Assembly (NCBI GenBank): GCA_052168235.1
Contig: JBQLZK010000020.1
Span: forward strand, 33,333 to 97,332
Reading direction: 5' to 3'
Source: Thainema sp.
Lineage (GTDB): Bacteria > Cyanobacteriota > Cyanobacteriia > Phormidesmidales > Phormidesmidaceae
Length of the DNA: 64,000 bases
Part shown: piece by piece, positions 43,445 through 53,383 of the stretch
How positions within the stretch are numbered: the stretch's first letter is position 1
Layout of the letters: the number at the start of each line of letters is the position of its first letter
The notes under the pieces: model-generated
Databases searched by the model: none
Seen by the model: only the letters and a program-made list of their open reading frames with translations
What the model was told of the DNA's origin: nothing
Program-made: the position numbers and the translations under genes

Positions 43445-44200
43445 ATGACTATACCCGTATTGGAGTACAAGCCTGCTACTCAAAATCAGCGCGTTGACAG
43501 TTTTGGCACTGTCGATACTCATGGGGATGTCCCTGTTGTTTATCGACTCGATGATGCGAAGCATGTAGATGAGGTGGATGCCCTGATTCGGGCTGCCTAT
43601 CGGCAGGTCTTCAATGAGCAGGAAATGCTGCATTTTAATCGTCAAATTGCGTTAGAAACTCAGCTCCGCAATCGCGCGATTTCAGTGCGCGATTTCATTC
43701 GGGGATTGGCAAAATCTGAGCGGTTTTATGAGCTGGTCGTTGCGCCCAATAATAACTATCGCTTAGTAGAAATATGCTGTAAGCGTCTGCTGGGGCGGGA
43801 ACCGTATGGGCGGGATGAGGAAATTGCCTGGTCAATTCAAATCGCATCGTTGGGCTGGGCAGCTTTTGTGGATTGGCTACTGGATAGCGAGGAATATATC
43901 CGCACCTTTGGCAAAGATACGGTGCCGTATCAGCGGAAGCGATTTGCTGAGCGCCCGTTTAGCTTTACACCACGCTATGGGGCTGACTACCGAGATCGCA
44001 TGCCAAAACCAGATCCGCGTCGATTACAATCGCTGAATCGTGCTGGCTTTGAGCCGTTTGGCCAATTTGAACCTTATGATTGGCAAACGATTTTGCAGCG
44101 TACCAATGGGTCTCGGTTGGCGGCTGTTTTGGTATCGGTGGTTGGCATCATCACCGGATTGCTGGTGCTAGCCTCGGTAACAGGCAGTTTGGGCGGCTAA
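43445..44200 (+). CDS. cpcL: Rod-membrane linker CpcL (CpcG3)
   Basis: CpcG-type linker domain plus C-terminal hydrophobic tail [21 protein letters not shown]. Confidence 0.88.
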   Translation: MTIPVLEYKPATQNQRVDSFGTVDTHGDVPVVYRLDDAKHVDEVDALIRAAYRQVFNEQEMLHFNRQIALETQLRNRAISVRDFIRGLAKSERFYELVVAPNNNYRLVEICCKRLLGREPYGRDEEIAWSIQIASLGWAAFVDWLLDSEEYIRTFGKDTVPYQRKRFAERPFSFTPRYGADYRDRMPKPDPRRLQSLNRAGFEPFGQFEPYDWQTILQRTNGSRLAAVLVSVVGIITGLLVLASVTGSLGG

Positions 44201-44390
44201 TTTGTCTAATTTGAACGTGCGATCGCACCAAAGACACGCGATAATAAGCCCAAAGCTATTTTGAACACTAGTTTTTATCCGTTGCTGTTTCAGATAATCA
44301 GAATTAGAGACATCCACAACAGTCACTAGTGTTCCTCTTTTTTACCTGAGGTTGTTAACTCATCGTTCATTTATAAGGGAGAAAAATCGC

Positions 44391-45146
44391 ATGGCATTGC
44401 CACTGCTTCAATATCGTCCAACGACTCAAAACCAAAGGGTAGAGAGCTTCGGCAAGGCGGATCTGAACGAAGATACCCCCTATATCTATCGGCTCGAAGA
44501 TATGCCGAATAATGATCGCATTGAAGAAGTGATTTGGGCATCCTATCGCCAAGTCTTCAGCGAGCATGAAACCCTGAAGTTCAACCGTCAAATCACCCTA
44601 GAGTCACAGCTCCGGAATCGTGCAGTCTCTGTGCGGGACTTCATCCGTGGACTCGCCAAGTCTGAGCGTTTCTACGAAACCGTTGTTGCCGTGAACGACA
44701 ACTACCGCTTAGTTGACGTATGCCTGCGCCGCTTCTTGGGTCGTGCAGCTTACAACCAAGATGAGAAAATCGCTTGGTCGATCAAAATTGGGACGCTGGG
44801 CTTCCACGGTTTTGTTGATGCTCTGCTCGATAGCGACGAGTACACCGAAGCGTTTGGTGAGAATACTGTTCCTTATCAGCGCAAGCGGATGGAAGGCCGT
44901 CCCTTCAATCTCGTCACTCCTCGTTATGGTGAAGACTACCGCGAGATTGCAGGTACCACCAAGACCGATTGGCGCTTTGTTATCGAGAAGTTCTACTCCG
45001 CTAAGTACCAAGAGCGGATGATGAGCGAAGGCGATCCGCGCAAGTTCAAGGCGATGGCATCTTCCATCGGCGCACGCGGTAACTATGGTTCTCGTGTATC
45101 GGCCTATCAGATTGATTATCTGAACAAGGTGCCCAAGCGGCGCTAA
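44391..45146 (+). CDS. cpcG4: Rod-core linker CpcG4
   Basis: MALPLLQY...TQNQRV; EGDPRKF; C-terminal IDYLNKVP. Confidence 0.9.
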   Translation: MALPLLQYRPTTQNQRVESFGKADLNEDTPYIYRLEDMPNNDRIEEVIWASYRQVFSEHETLKFNRQITLESQLRNRAVSVRDFIRGLAKSERFYETVVAVNDNYRLVDVCLRRFLGRAAYNQDEKIAWSIKIGTLGFHGFVDALLDSDEYTEAFGENTVPYQRKRMEGRPFNLVTPRYGEDYREIAGTTKTDWRFVIEKFYSAKYQERMMSEGDPRKFKAMASSIGARGNYGSRVSAYQIDYLNKVPKRR

Positions 45147-45231
45147 ACCGCTAACTCACAGCTATGTTATCTATGACTCGTTCTGCTCTGGGAGCTGGTT
45201 CATGGATTCATAGAATAGCGTGAATTTAATG

Positions 45232-45318
45232 AATCGCTGGGTTTAGATTTTGTCTGGTAAAACTGCGTGAGGCTCTGGCTTTACCTTGTTTTTCAGGTTT
45301 GATCCAAACCCAGCGATT
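45232..45318 (+). terminator. Long stem-loop followed by T-tract at the end of the cpc operon
   Basis: AATCGCTGGGTTTAGAT...ATCCAAACCCAGCGATT then GTTTTT. Confidence 0.55.
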
Positions 45319-45345
45319 GTTTTTGAAAGCTAACCTCTGTGGATA

Positions 45346-45374
45346 AAAAGAAGCGACCATTGGTCGCTTCTTTT
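45346..45374. terminator. Bidirectional intrinsic terminator
   Basis: AAAAGAAGCGACCA-T-TGGTCGCTTCTTTT between convergent genes. Confidence 0.75.
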
Positions 45375-45375
45375 G

Positions 45376-46017
45376 CTAGGTGACACGGCTCCAGATAGCC
45401 AATCCGCCCCCGCGACCTCTGGCGGCAAGTAGGGTGTCGCTGATGTAGAAGAAGTTAAAAAACGGCAGCTTGGCAATGGGCTGTTGGGCAAACGGCTGAT
45501 CGGAGCGCGCTTTGTTTTGCATGTTGCCCTGGTACAGCGACTGTCCGAAGAGCTGAAGCTGCATTTGGGTAAAGTCAAAGGCGACAAGATTTTTGCGATC
45601 GCGCCTGGCAGGGCCATTCACCTTAAACGCCAGTGGGCCAAGTCGGAGCTGATTGCCAATTGCGATCGCAGACTGTTCTGAAGCTGAACTAGCTAAACTC
45701 TGAGTCTCAGACGGTTGAAACTGAATCTGCGCGGTCACGAATTTGGGCACATAAAATCCTCGCCCTTGTATTGTGCCTGCCTGCCTGCGAGATTTTTGGT
45801 TCGCGACAAACCGCAGCCGCCATTTGCCCAAAATGTCTGCTGATTCATAGGTGGTGGACTGTTTCTTGGCCACTTTCTCAAGCTGGACAAGCGCTTGCAC
45901 CACGGCTTTCGCGGGTGGTCGAGAGCGGGACTGGTTAGTGTAATAGGCCGCGACCTGGTTGAGAACTGCGATCGCAGCATCAGTCGGCGCGACTTGCGGA
46001 TCATGCGATTGAATCAT
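45376..46017 (-). CDS. PAP/fibrillin-like protein
   Basis: ILGKWRLRF lipocalin-like start; C-terminal FFYISDTLLAARGRGGGLAIW. Confidence 0.6.
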   Translation of the reverse strand: MIQSHDPQVAPTDAAIAVLNQVAAYYTNQSRSRPPAKAVVQALVQLEKVAKKQSTTYESADILGKWRLRFVANQKSRRQAGTIQGRGFYVPKFVTAQIQFQPSETQSLASSASEQSAIAIGNQLRLGPLAFKVNGPARRDRKNLVAFDFTQMQLQLFGQSLYQGNMQNKARSDQPFAQQPIAKLPFFNFFYISDTLLAARGRGGGLAIWSRVT

Positions 46018-46100
46018 GTTGCTCTGTTACTCAAATATTTAGCTATTTTCAATCCGGTAGCCTTCCATAGGCTATTGGTTTGTCAACGTCGTTTTGGTGG

Positions 46101-46151
46101 GTTTTGATGGTTGACGTGTCGCACTTTGCGCGACATGTCAACCATCAAAAC
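46101..46151. repeat. Near-perfect palindrome, possibly the core of a MITE-like element (~46073-46169)
   Basis: GTTTTGATGGTTGACGTGTCGCAC-TTT-GCGCGACATGTCAACCATCAAAAC. Confidence 0.75.
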
Positions 46152-46200
46152 TGATTTGATACAGCACCATGGTTTAAGGTGATGTAGCCTAGTAAATCCC

Positions 46201-48384
46201 CTATTCGTCCCAAAAGTCGTCGAGATTAAAGCTATTGGCGGCAGCTTGAATTTCCCGAAAATAATCTGTTTGGGTAATTTGCGCTACGTCCCGTTCCCGT
46301 TTCTGATGGTCGATTTCGATTTGCAATTCTTCCAGTTGGCGCTTGAGGTCACGCTCTTTGCGTTTGCGTTCGGTGATGTCCTGCACGATGCCTTCATAGT
46401 AGAGCAACGTCCCGCTATCGTCATAGACGGCGCGGGCATTTTCTGATAGCCAAATGATGACTCCATCGGCACAGTAGGCTTGATATTCAAACCCTTCAAC
46501 CTGTCCGGCAGTTTCGATCTGCTGGCGAAACTGCTGATATGCGATCGCATCGACGTAGATCTGTTTGCTGATGTCAGTGATCTGCTCCACCATGTCGAGC
46601 GGTGAGGAATAGCCGTGAATACGGGCCATTGCTGGGTTAACGCTGATATAGCGGTGAGCGGGACTGGACTGAAAAATCCCTTCTAGTGCATTTTCGTAAA
46701 TGCTGCGATATTTTTCCTCGGCAATCTGTAGCGCCTGCTCAACTTCCTTTCGCTCAGTAATGTTGCGCACAATGATGAGCACTTCGCTCTCGCACAGGGC
46801 AACCATGCGAACTTCTTCAATCCGGCGGCCTTGAGCGGCTTGAAGCCGCTGTTCATAAACTTGAATTTTTCCGGTGGTGAGCGCTTGCTGAACATAATGC
46901 ATCCACTCATTGGCCAGTTCCGTCGGTAGACATTCATGCACAGAGCTGCCGACTTTGAAATGATTAGCATTATGGATTTGAGTGCGGCCTTCGCCTTGAA
47001 TATCGAGATACAGACCGTCCTGGCGGACTCGAAGCAACAGGTCAGGCATTGCCTGCACCAGAGCCCGATTGGTCGCTTCACTGTCCTGCAAATTGGTAAA
47101 CGATCGCTGGAGCTGCTGTGCCATGCTGTTAAATGAATTGGCGAGAGCTTCTAGCTCATCCACACCTTTGACCGTGACCGTTTGATCCAGGTTGCCATTG
47201 GCAATCTGCCGAGACGCTTGGTCAAGCTTGAGAATTGGTCTTGCCAGCCAGCGGGAGGTGTGTAGCCCTAACCAGATGGCAACCAAAAGTGCGATCGCAC
47301 ATAGAACAATCGTAATGCGGGTGTTTTGGTGGATCTGCGCCATGAAGTCGGCTTCGGGCACCACCACCACAATCAGCCAGTCCAGCCCCCGACCGTCCCT
47401 GAAGGGTAAGACCTGCAAGAACTGGCGTTTGCCATCAACAGTAAACTCTAACTGGTGCGATCGCTGAATATTGTTGAGATTCCCAAACCGCTGATTGAGA
47501 TACTCAGCGGCACCTTGAACTAAGGGATTTTCGCTTTCCACAGCCTCGCGCCGCCGAGCGGCATCGTCATGACCCGCAATCAAGAGATCTTCTGCGGTAG
47601 ACGTGGAGACTAGCGTTCCCGAACGTTCGACAATAAACGTTTTGCCCGATTCACCGACCTTCAGCGTCCGCAAAAAGCGGCTCATCTCTTCCGGCAGAAT
47701 AAAGTCCGTCGCACAGACGCCGATGAAGCCATTGCCAAATTCTTCATAGATGGGCAGACTGGCCGTAATTGTCGGCAGTTGCGTGTCGAAGTCCAGATAG
47801 ATATCGCTCCAGGTTGGCCCACCTGCGGCTTTGGCGGCTGTGTACCACGGGCGCACTCGCGGATCAAAGGGACGGTCGCCTGTGCTGAGCAGATAGGTGC
47901 GATCGCCCGTAATATTCATCCCGTAGTAGTTGGCGATATGATTGGTCGAATCGTTGTAAATCACCAACTGGAGCGATTGATCCGCCTCGTTGCGCCCCAC
48001 ACCCAGAAAGGAACCGTCAATGTCCGTCGCGCAGTAAATCAGATTGGTATAGGAAAAAATCTTGGCTTGCTGCCAAAACTGATGTTCTCCGGTGGCGCGA
48101 CTGATATCAATGTCGCCCTTGAAGACAGAGTTGCCGTTGATCCGATTAATCGAATGGGGGATTTCAATATAGGACTGGAGCTGCTGCTTAATTCGCTCTA
48201 CGATTTCTGTTCGTAACTGCGAAGACAGATTGTAAACCGCTTGCTGACCATTGCGAAATGAGATGTAGCCGACTAGCCCAACCGCCGCCACGATTTGCAG
48301 CACAAAGGGGACGATTAATGCTCGCTGTAGCGGAACTGTTCGTCCCGTTTGCCAAGGCGGCAACCAATCCAGCAAGTGGCGCAT
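46201..48384 (-). CDS. Membrane sensor: Cache-HAMP-PAS-PAS with short C-terminal coiled coil, no catalytic output domain
   Basis: Two TM segments, FDPRVRPWY Cache motif, HAMP (ELEALANSFNSMA), PAS units ending RNITERK and QDITERK. Confidence 0.85.
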   Translation of the reverse strand: MRHLLDWLPPWQTGRTVPLQRALIVPFVLQIVAAVGLVGYISFRNGQQAVYNLSSQLRTEIVERIKQQLQSYIEIPHSINRINGNSVFKGDIDISRATGEHQFWQQAKIFSYTNLIYCATDIDGSFLGVGRNEADQSLQLVIYNDSTNHIANYYGMNITGDRTYLLSTGDRPFDPRVRPWYTAAKAAGGPTWSDIYLDFDTQLPTITASLPIYEEFGNGFIGVCATDFILPEEMSRFLRTLKVGESGKTFIVERSGTLVSTSTAEDLLIAGHDDAARRREAVESENPLVQGAAEYLNQRFGNLNNIQRSHQLEFTVDGKRQFLQVLPFRDGRGLDWLIVVVVPEADFMAQIHQNTRITIVLCAIALLVAIWLGLHTSRWLARPILKLDQASRQIANGNLDQTVTVKGVDELEALANSFNSMAQQLQRSFTNLQDSEATNRALVQAMPDLLLRVRQDGLYLDIQGEGRTQIHNANHFKVGSSVHECLPTELANEWMHYVQQALTTGKIQVYEQRLQAAQGRRIEEVRMVALCESEVLIIVRNITERKEVEQALQIAEEKYRSIYENALEGIFQSSPAHRYISVNPAMARIHGYSSPLDMVEQITDISKQIYVDAIAYQQFRQQIETAGQVEGFEYQAYCADGVIIWLSENARAVYDDSGTLLYYEGIVQDITERKRKERDLKRQLEELQIEIDHQKRERDVAQITQTDYFREIQAAANSFNLDDFWDE

Positions 48385-48467
48385 TCTCAGGTCTTTTAGT
48401 CTCCTCTACCCTGATCAATTCCTATAATACGTCCAGTTGAAAATCCATCAGGCTTTTTATGAAGCCC

Positions 48468-49499
48468 TTACCACTCATCTGCCGTTGCACTGCCAGCAAT
48501 CCAGTCGTGAATATTGCGCTCAGCGCCCGCCACGTTGAACAGGTGGAGACCAAAATCTCGCGACAGGTCTTCACAGACGCGAATGCCTCGAACGCTATTG
48601 CCTTTGGCATCCAGCGGTGGCGAAAATGTACCGATGCCAAGCGTGTTCGGCACGACGGCAGTGATGCCGCCGCCCACGCCGCTCTTGGCGGGCATGCCGA
48701 CTCTGTAGACCCACTCGCCGGAATAATCGTACATGCCGCAGGTGAGCATGACGCTGATCACATCCTGCACGTAGCGCTCATCCAGCGCCCGCACGCCTGT
48801 GACCGGATTGATGCCTTTATTGGCCAGGGTGGCGGCCATCATCGCTAAATCTTTGGCATTGACCAGAATGGAACACTGCTGGAAGTAGAGATCCAGCGTT
48901 TCTTCAATTCGATCCGTCACCATGCCAAAGTTCAACATCAAATATGCGATCGCACGATTGCGAAAGCCAGTGGATTTTTCCGACAAAAAAACCGGCACGT
49001 TCACATCCAGTTCCCGTCCGGTATAGCGGCCAAACATGTCTAATAAGCGCTTGAGCCGTTCGGTGGCATTGTTGCCTTTGACTAAATCGGCAGTTGCGAT
49101 CGCACCTGCGTTGACCATTGGGTTATAGGGGCGATTGGTTTCCTCATCCAGCACAATCGCGTTAAAGGCTTCACCAGAGGGTTCGACGCTGACTTTGCTG
49201 TTGACGTATTCTCGCCCATGATCCTCTAGCGCTAAACCGTAGACAAATGCTTTTGAAATAGATTGAATCGTGAACAGTTGGTCGCAATCCCCCACGTCGA
49301 ACACTTGACCATCTGTACTCACTACGCAAATGCCAAACCAGGTAGGGTCTGCCGTCGCCAGTTCAGGGATATAATCGGCAACTGCTCCGTCCGTCAGTGC
49401 CTGATACTGCTCATGCAAATCGTTCAGGTATTGCCGAAAGGGAGACGTTGCAGCCTGAATAGAACTGGCTAAAGACTGCATACCGGGTTTTTGAGTCAT
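48468..49499 (-). CDS. glsA: Glutaminase A
   Basis: [53 protein letters not shown]. Confidence 0.95.
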   Translation of the reverse strand: MTQKPGMQSLASSIQAATSPFRQYLNDLHEQYQALTDGAVADYIPELATADPTWFGICVVSTDGQVFDVGDCDQLFTIQSISKAFVYGLALEDHGREYVNSKVSVEPSGEAFNAIVLDEETNRPYNPMVNAGAIATADLVKGNNATERLKRLLDMFGRYTGRELDVNVPVFLSEKSTGFRNRAIAYLMLNFGMVTDRIEETLDLYFQQCSILVNAKDLAMMAATLANKGINPVTGVRALDERYVQDVISVMLTCGMYDYSGEWVYRVGMPAKSGVGGGITAVVPNTLGIGTFSPPLDAKGNSVRGIRVCEDLSRDFGLHLFNVAGAERNIHDWIAGSATADEW

Positions 49500-49656
49500 G
49501 ATGTCCTCGGTCGTTCGCGTTCGCGTTTGGGCTGGACTGCTAAGGATTATCGAAACCGCAGGATAGCCGTCTGGGCCGTCCCGATCAGGCGTGATGCCTG
49601 ATCTACCGTTGGATTACTCGATGACTCCAGTAACCCGTTCTGAATCAATTCGCCAA

Positions 49657-50415
49657 TCAATTCGCCATGATTTGAGCTGCCACTTTTTGGAACTCTTGGC
49701 TAATTGGATGATCGCGATATTTTGTGCAAAACACGCCTTCACTGGCGAGCTGCACCACATCTTCCGACAGCGGAAAAATGCCCGCGACGGGAACGTCGTA
49801 GGTTTCTTCTGCCTTTTGCTTGAGCGCTTCAAAGTTGAGTTTGCTCAAGGCCTTGTTAATCGCCAGCAGCATCTTGCGCACCTTGAGCTGCCTCGCTACA
49901 TCGATGGTGACTGCTGTGCCCTGATAGTCCTGCTTGTCGGGCCGCAGAATTAAAATCAACACGTGGGAGATGGCAATCGACAGAAACGTTTCCTTCGAGA
50001 GTCCCGGATGGGTGTCAATAAATAGATAATCGAGTTCTAAGCCTTTCACCAGCTTACGAAAGCCGTCATTCAGAAGCTTGACATCGTAGCCTTCCTGCAA
50101 GATTTTAGCGATATCGTCGGCTTTGATGCTGGAGGGTACCAGAAAGAGCTGACCCGCGCCCGTTAAACCAATGTTGGAGCTGACATCGTAGGCTGCTTCC
50201 TCAATCGTGCTTTCGCCCCACAGAAAGCTGTTGAGCGTATTCTGAATTTGCTCTGGCTCTAAACAAAACAGGTTATGGATACCGGGTGACGGCACATCTG
50301 TATCTACCACGCCCACCCGATGTCCCTGCATGGCAATGGTGGCGGCTAAGTTGGCCGTAAAGTTCGATTTACCCGTACCACCACGATAGGAATGAATAGA
50401 GACAACTCTGGGCAT
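49657..50415 (-). CDS. MinD/ParA-family ATPase (atypical, RGGTGKS)
   Basis: SIHSYRGGTGKS deviant Walker A, VDTD, IDTHPG, INK. Confidence 0.88.
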   Translation of the reverse strand: MPRVVSIHSYRGGTGKSNFTANLAATIAMQGHRVGVVDTDVPSPGIHNLFCLEPEQIQNTLNSFLWGESTIEEAAYDVSSNIGLTGAGQLFLVPSSIKADDIAKILQEGYDVKLLNDGFRKLVKGLELDYLFIDTHPGLSKETFLSIAISHVLILILRPDKQDYQGTAVTIDVARQLKVRKMLLAINKALSKLNFEALKQKAEETYDVPVAGIFPLSEDVVQLASEGVFCTKYRDHPISQEFQKVAAQIMAN

Positions 50416-50476
50416 GGTGAGGCAAGACCACTATCTAAAGAAAGAATTTCTCTCAAGCCTACATGGTAGGTAGAGA

Positions 50477-50506
50477 TTGTGTAAAACGATTTTGTGTAAA
50501 ACGATT
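50477..50506. promoter_or_regulatory. 15-bp perfect tandem repeat upstream of the MinD-like gene
   Basis: TTGTGTAAAACGATT x2; regulatory role is inferred. Confidence 0.4.
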
Positions 50507-50554
50507 TAAATGGTTACGGAAGATCAACGTCTGTCGTCTTCGCAACAAAAAATT

Positions 50555-50654
50555 AAAGCCGCAATTTTACGTGGCTGGTAGGGGCGAATGGCCATTCGCC
50601 CCTACGTAACATCAATGGTTTCAGATATTCTTTGGCAAACATGAAACGACCCTG
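50555..50654. mobile_element. Partial second copy of the REP-containing MITE at 8076-8209
   Basis: 100-bp colinear near-identical match to 8110-8209, including GTAGGGGCGAATGGCCATTCGCCCCTAC and the right TIR. Confidence 0.85.
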
Positions 50655-50669
50655 GATTATAGCCATGCA

Positions 50670-53363
50670 TCAGTGTAAAGATTCAGAGTTAGTCGCTGCA
50701 ACGACGCGATCGCGGCCTTGATTTTTGGCGTGATACAGCGCCATATCGGCCTGGTGAATCAACTCGTCTGACTTTTGATCAGAAGCCGGAATCAGGGTGG
50801 CGACGCCCAGGCTGAGGGTAATACAAGGCGCGATCGCAGAATCGGCATGAGGAATTCCTAAATCGCGAATGGCCTGTTGAATTTGTTGCGCAACTGCGAT
50901 CGCACCTTCGAGATGAGTATTGGGCAAAATCACCGCAAATTCTTCGCCCCCGTAGCGGGCCAGCAGATCCGCTGGCCGCCGAATACAGTCTTTCGCTGTC
51001 TGCGCGACTTCCACTAAGGCTTCATCCCCCATTAAATGCCCGTAGTGGTCGTTGTACTTTTTGAAAAAATCAATGTCAAACATAATCAGAGAAATCGGTT
51101 GCTGATCGCGCATCAGCCGCCGCCACTCCTGGGCCAGATAATCATCAAAGCGCCGTCGATTGGCCACCTGGGTGAGGCCATCCAGGGAGGCTAGCAGAGA
51201 CAGCTCAGAATTGGCCTGACGCAGCGCCTCTTCCATCTGTTTGCGTTCTGTAATGTCAAAGAAGAAGAGATAGTATCCCCGAATTGTGCCATCCGCATCC
51301 TGATCCGGGGTCATTGTTGCGTGTAAAATCCGCTCGCCCTTGGGCTGATAGACAAACGAAAACTCAAAGTCAGTTTGTTCGCCCGCTAGCGTCCGGTCAA
51401 TATACGGTTTGGCTCGCTGATAGTTTTCCTCACCGACAATATCCCAGATGTGGCGACCCAGAATTTCAGTTGGCGATAGACCCAGCCGCACTTCATAGTA
51501 GCGGTTGACGAACTGATAGCGCCGTTCGGCATTAATATAGGCGATGCCCGCCTGGATGGAATCGGTGATCGACTCCAGCTCATTGCGGCTGCGGGTCAGC
51601 TCTTGCTCAATCAACTGCCGCTCTTGAATTTCGCTTTCCAGAGCTTGAGTGCGTTCTGCCACCTCTTGTTCCAAGTGCTGGCTGTAATCCTGCAAAATTT
51701 GCTGGGCCTGCCGCTGCATGGTGATGTCTTCAAACACCACAACCGCATATTCAATCTCGCCCGTTGCCGCAAAGATTGGCTTGGCATGGACTCTCAAGGG
51801 GATAGATCGGCCTTGATCACGAACTTCGATATCCTCTGTGGCCACTTCTTCGCCAGTGAGTGCTCGGGCCGAGGGCAACTGTTCAACTGGATAGAGCTGA
51901 TTGGTGCCAGCACGATAAATTCCGTAGGTGTTGTTCAAGGCGTTCTGCTGGGTTGGTTGCATGTCATGCTGCTGGAGCAGGCTCAGCCCAGACTGATTAA
52001 CGTAGTGAATGCTGCCATCGGCATGGTGGATCGCAACCCCAATTGGGATCGTTTCTAGAAAGCGAGTGAGCCGCTGCTCATCCCGTTTCAGCGCTTGCAC
52101 GGTTGTGATCAGCTGCGCTGCCATTTGGTCAAAGGATTGGGTGAGCTGATTCAGTTCATAAATGTTTTGGCTGAGCGTCCCTGCTTCTAGAGGTGTCCAG
52201 GAATCAAAGGCACCGTCTGCTAGTTGTTTGGCGACGCGATTGAGATCTAGAATCGGCTGGCTCAGCCAGTACGCCATGATACTGCTACTTGCGATCGCAA
52301 CCAATAGCGCTAAGCCGCAGAGCAAAACGGAACGGCGGGTATTGGCATAAATTTGGGCCATAAAATCCGACTTTGGCACCAAAATGACGACCAACCAATC
52401 CAAACCATGCTCATCTTGAAACGGCATCAGGTACGAAAAATAGGCTTCACGCTCCAGCTTTAAATCAAAAAATTGAGCTGTATCGATTGCCGCCAGGGAG
52501 TCAAACTTCTCCGTCAGTCTGTTCATACTGTCGCGAATGAGCGGCTCTTGGCTGTCCAACGCATTCAGCCGTCGCACCATTTGCTCCCCATCTGTCAAAA
52601 AGGGCGGCTCCGGCAGCGAACTGGCCACCAACCAACCCGAGGGCTCAACGATGTAGACTTGCCCCGTGGGGCTGACTGAAAGCGTCTGCAAAAACTGATT
52701 AATACTCTCGATGGACACGCCCGTACTGAAAATGCCGTGCAGGTTCTCTGCTTCGTCATAGAGCGGCAAGGTCGCCGTCAGCTGCATTGGATATTTAGCT
52801 GTCCTCCAGACTTGCACTGGATTCCATGCCGCTACGCCAGCAGGCGGAATATCCGCATACCAGGGATAGCTAAACCAACTGGAATCCGTCGTTTGGGACG
52901 GGTCATGCCGATTGCCTGCGGCATCCAGTTCATAGAGCGTAAATCGATTGGCCGCTCCCGATTCACCCACATAAAACCGCTCGTTGGCTTGGCGCTGTAC
53001 CTCCAAAAGAACGCTTGTTTGGCGATTTTCAAAGCTTGTTGTTGAAAGCGTGTCAAAGCTCTGGAGCTGTGCATAAAAATAGCGCTGCAGTGCTTCTCGG
53101 TCATTGACATCTACGTAACCATTCTGGATTGCACTGACATGTAAGCGGTTCAAACGGTGGGGCGTTTCCAGATAAACATCGAGCTTAGCTGTAATGCGCT
53201 GCCCGACCTGAATCATGAGCTGATGGGCCAGATTCTGCACCCCTTGCTGACCGTTGCGAAAGGAAAAGTATCCCACCAGGGCAACCACACCAACCACATG
53301 CAGAATCAGCGGGACTGCGAGTACCGTTCGGAGTCGAACTGGATGGGGTAATTTGAACTTCAC
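50670..53363 (-). CDS. Diguanylate cyclase (Cache-HAMP-PAS-PAS-GGDEF)
   Basis: DGLTQVANRR, DIDFFKKYNDHYGH, RPAD I-site, ARYGGEEF. Confidence 0.93.
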   Translation of the reverse strand: MKFKLPHPVRLRTVLAVPLILHVVGVVALVGYFSFRNGQQGVQNLAHQLMIQVGQRITAKLDVYLETPHRLNRLHVSAIQNGYVDVNDREALQRYFYAQLQSFDTLSTTSFENRQTSVLLEVQRQANERFYVGESGAANRFTLYELDAAGNRHDPSQTTDSSWFSYPWYADIPPAGVAAWNPVQVWRTAKYPMQLTATLPLYDEAENLHGIFSTGVSIESINQFLQTLSVSPTGQVYIVEPSGWLVASSLPEPPFLTDGEQMVRRLNALDSQEPLIRDSMNRLTEKFDSLAAIDTAQFFDLKLEREAYFSYLMPFQDEHGLDWLVVILVPKSDFMAQIYANTRRSVLLCGLALLVAIASSSIMAYWLSQPILDLNRVAKQLADGAFDSWTPLEAGTLSQNIYELNQLTQSFDQMAAQLITTVQALKRDEQRLTRFLETIPIGVAIHHADGSIHYVNQSGLSLLQQHDMQPTQQNALNNTYGIYRAGTNQLYPVEQLPSARALTGEEVATEDIEVRDQGRSIPLRVHAKPIFAATGEIEYAVVVFEDITMQRQAQQILQDYSQHLEQEVAERTQALESEIQERQLIEQELTRSRNELESITDSIQAGIAYINAERRYQFVNRYYEVRLGLSPTEILGRHIWDIVGEENYQRAKPYIDRTLAGEQTDFEFSFVYQPKGERILHATMTPDQDADGTIRGYYLFFFDITERKQMEEALRQANSELSLLASLDGLTQVANRRRFDDYLAQEWRRLMRDQQPISLIMFDIDFFKKYNDHYGHLMGDEALVEVAQTAKDCIRRPADLLARYGGEEFAVILPNTHLEGAIAVAQQIQQAIRDLGIPHADSAIAPCITLSLGVATLIPASDQKSDELIHQADMALYHAKNQGRDRVVAATNSESLH

Positions 53364-53383
53364 ATCATCAATTTAGATTGGCC

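Noticed and set aside
46201..46400. Frameshift removing a kinase/GGDEF domain from the sensor
   Set aside because: No output-domain coding sequence follows the stop in any frame; only a short intergenic palindrome and then an unrelated gene
49657..50415. Septum-site minD or chromosome parA
   Set aside because: Atypical Walker A, no evident membrane-targeting helix, and no minC/minE/parB
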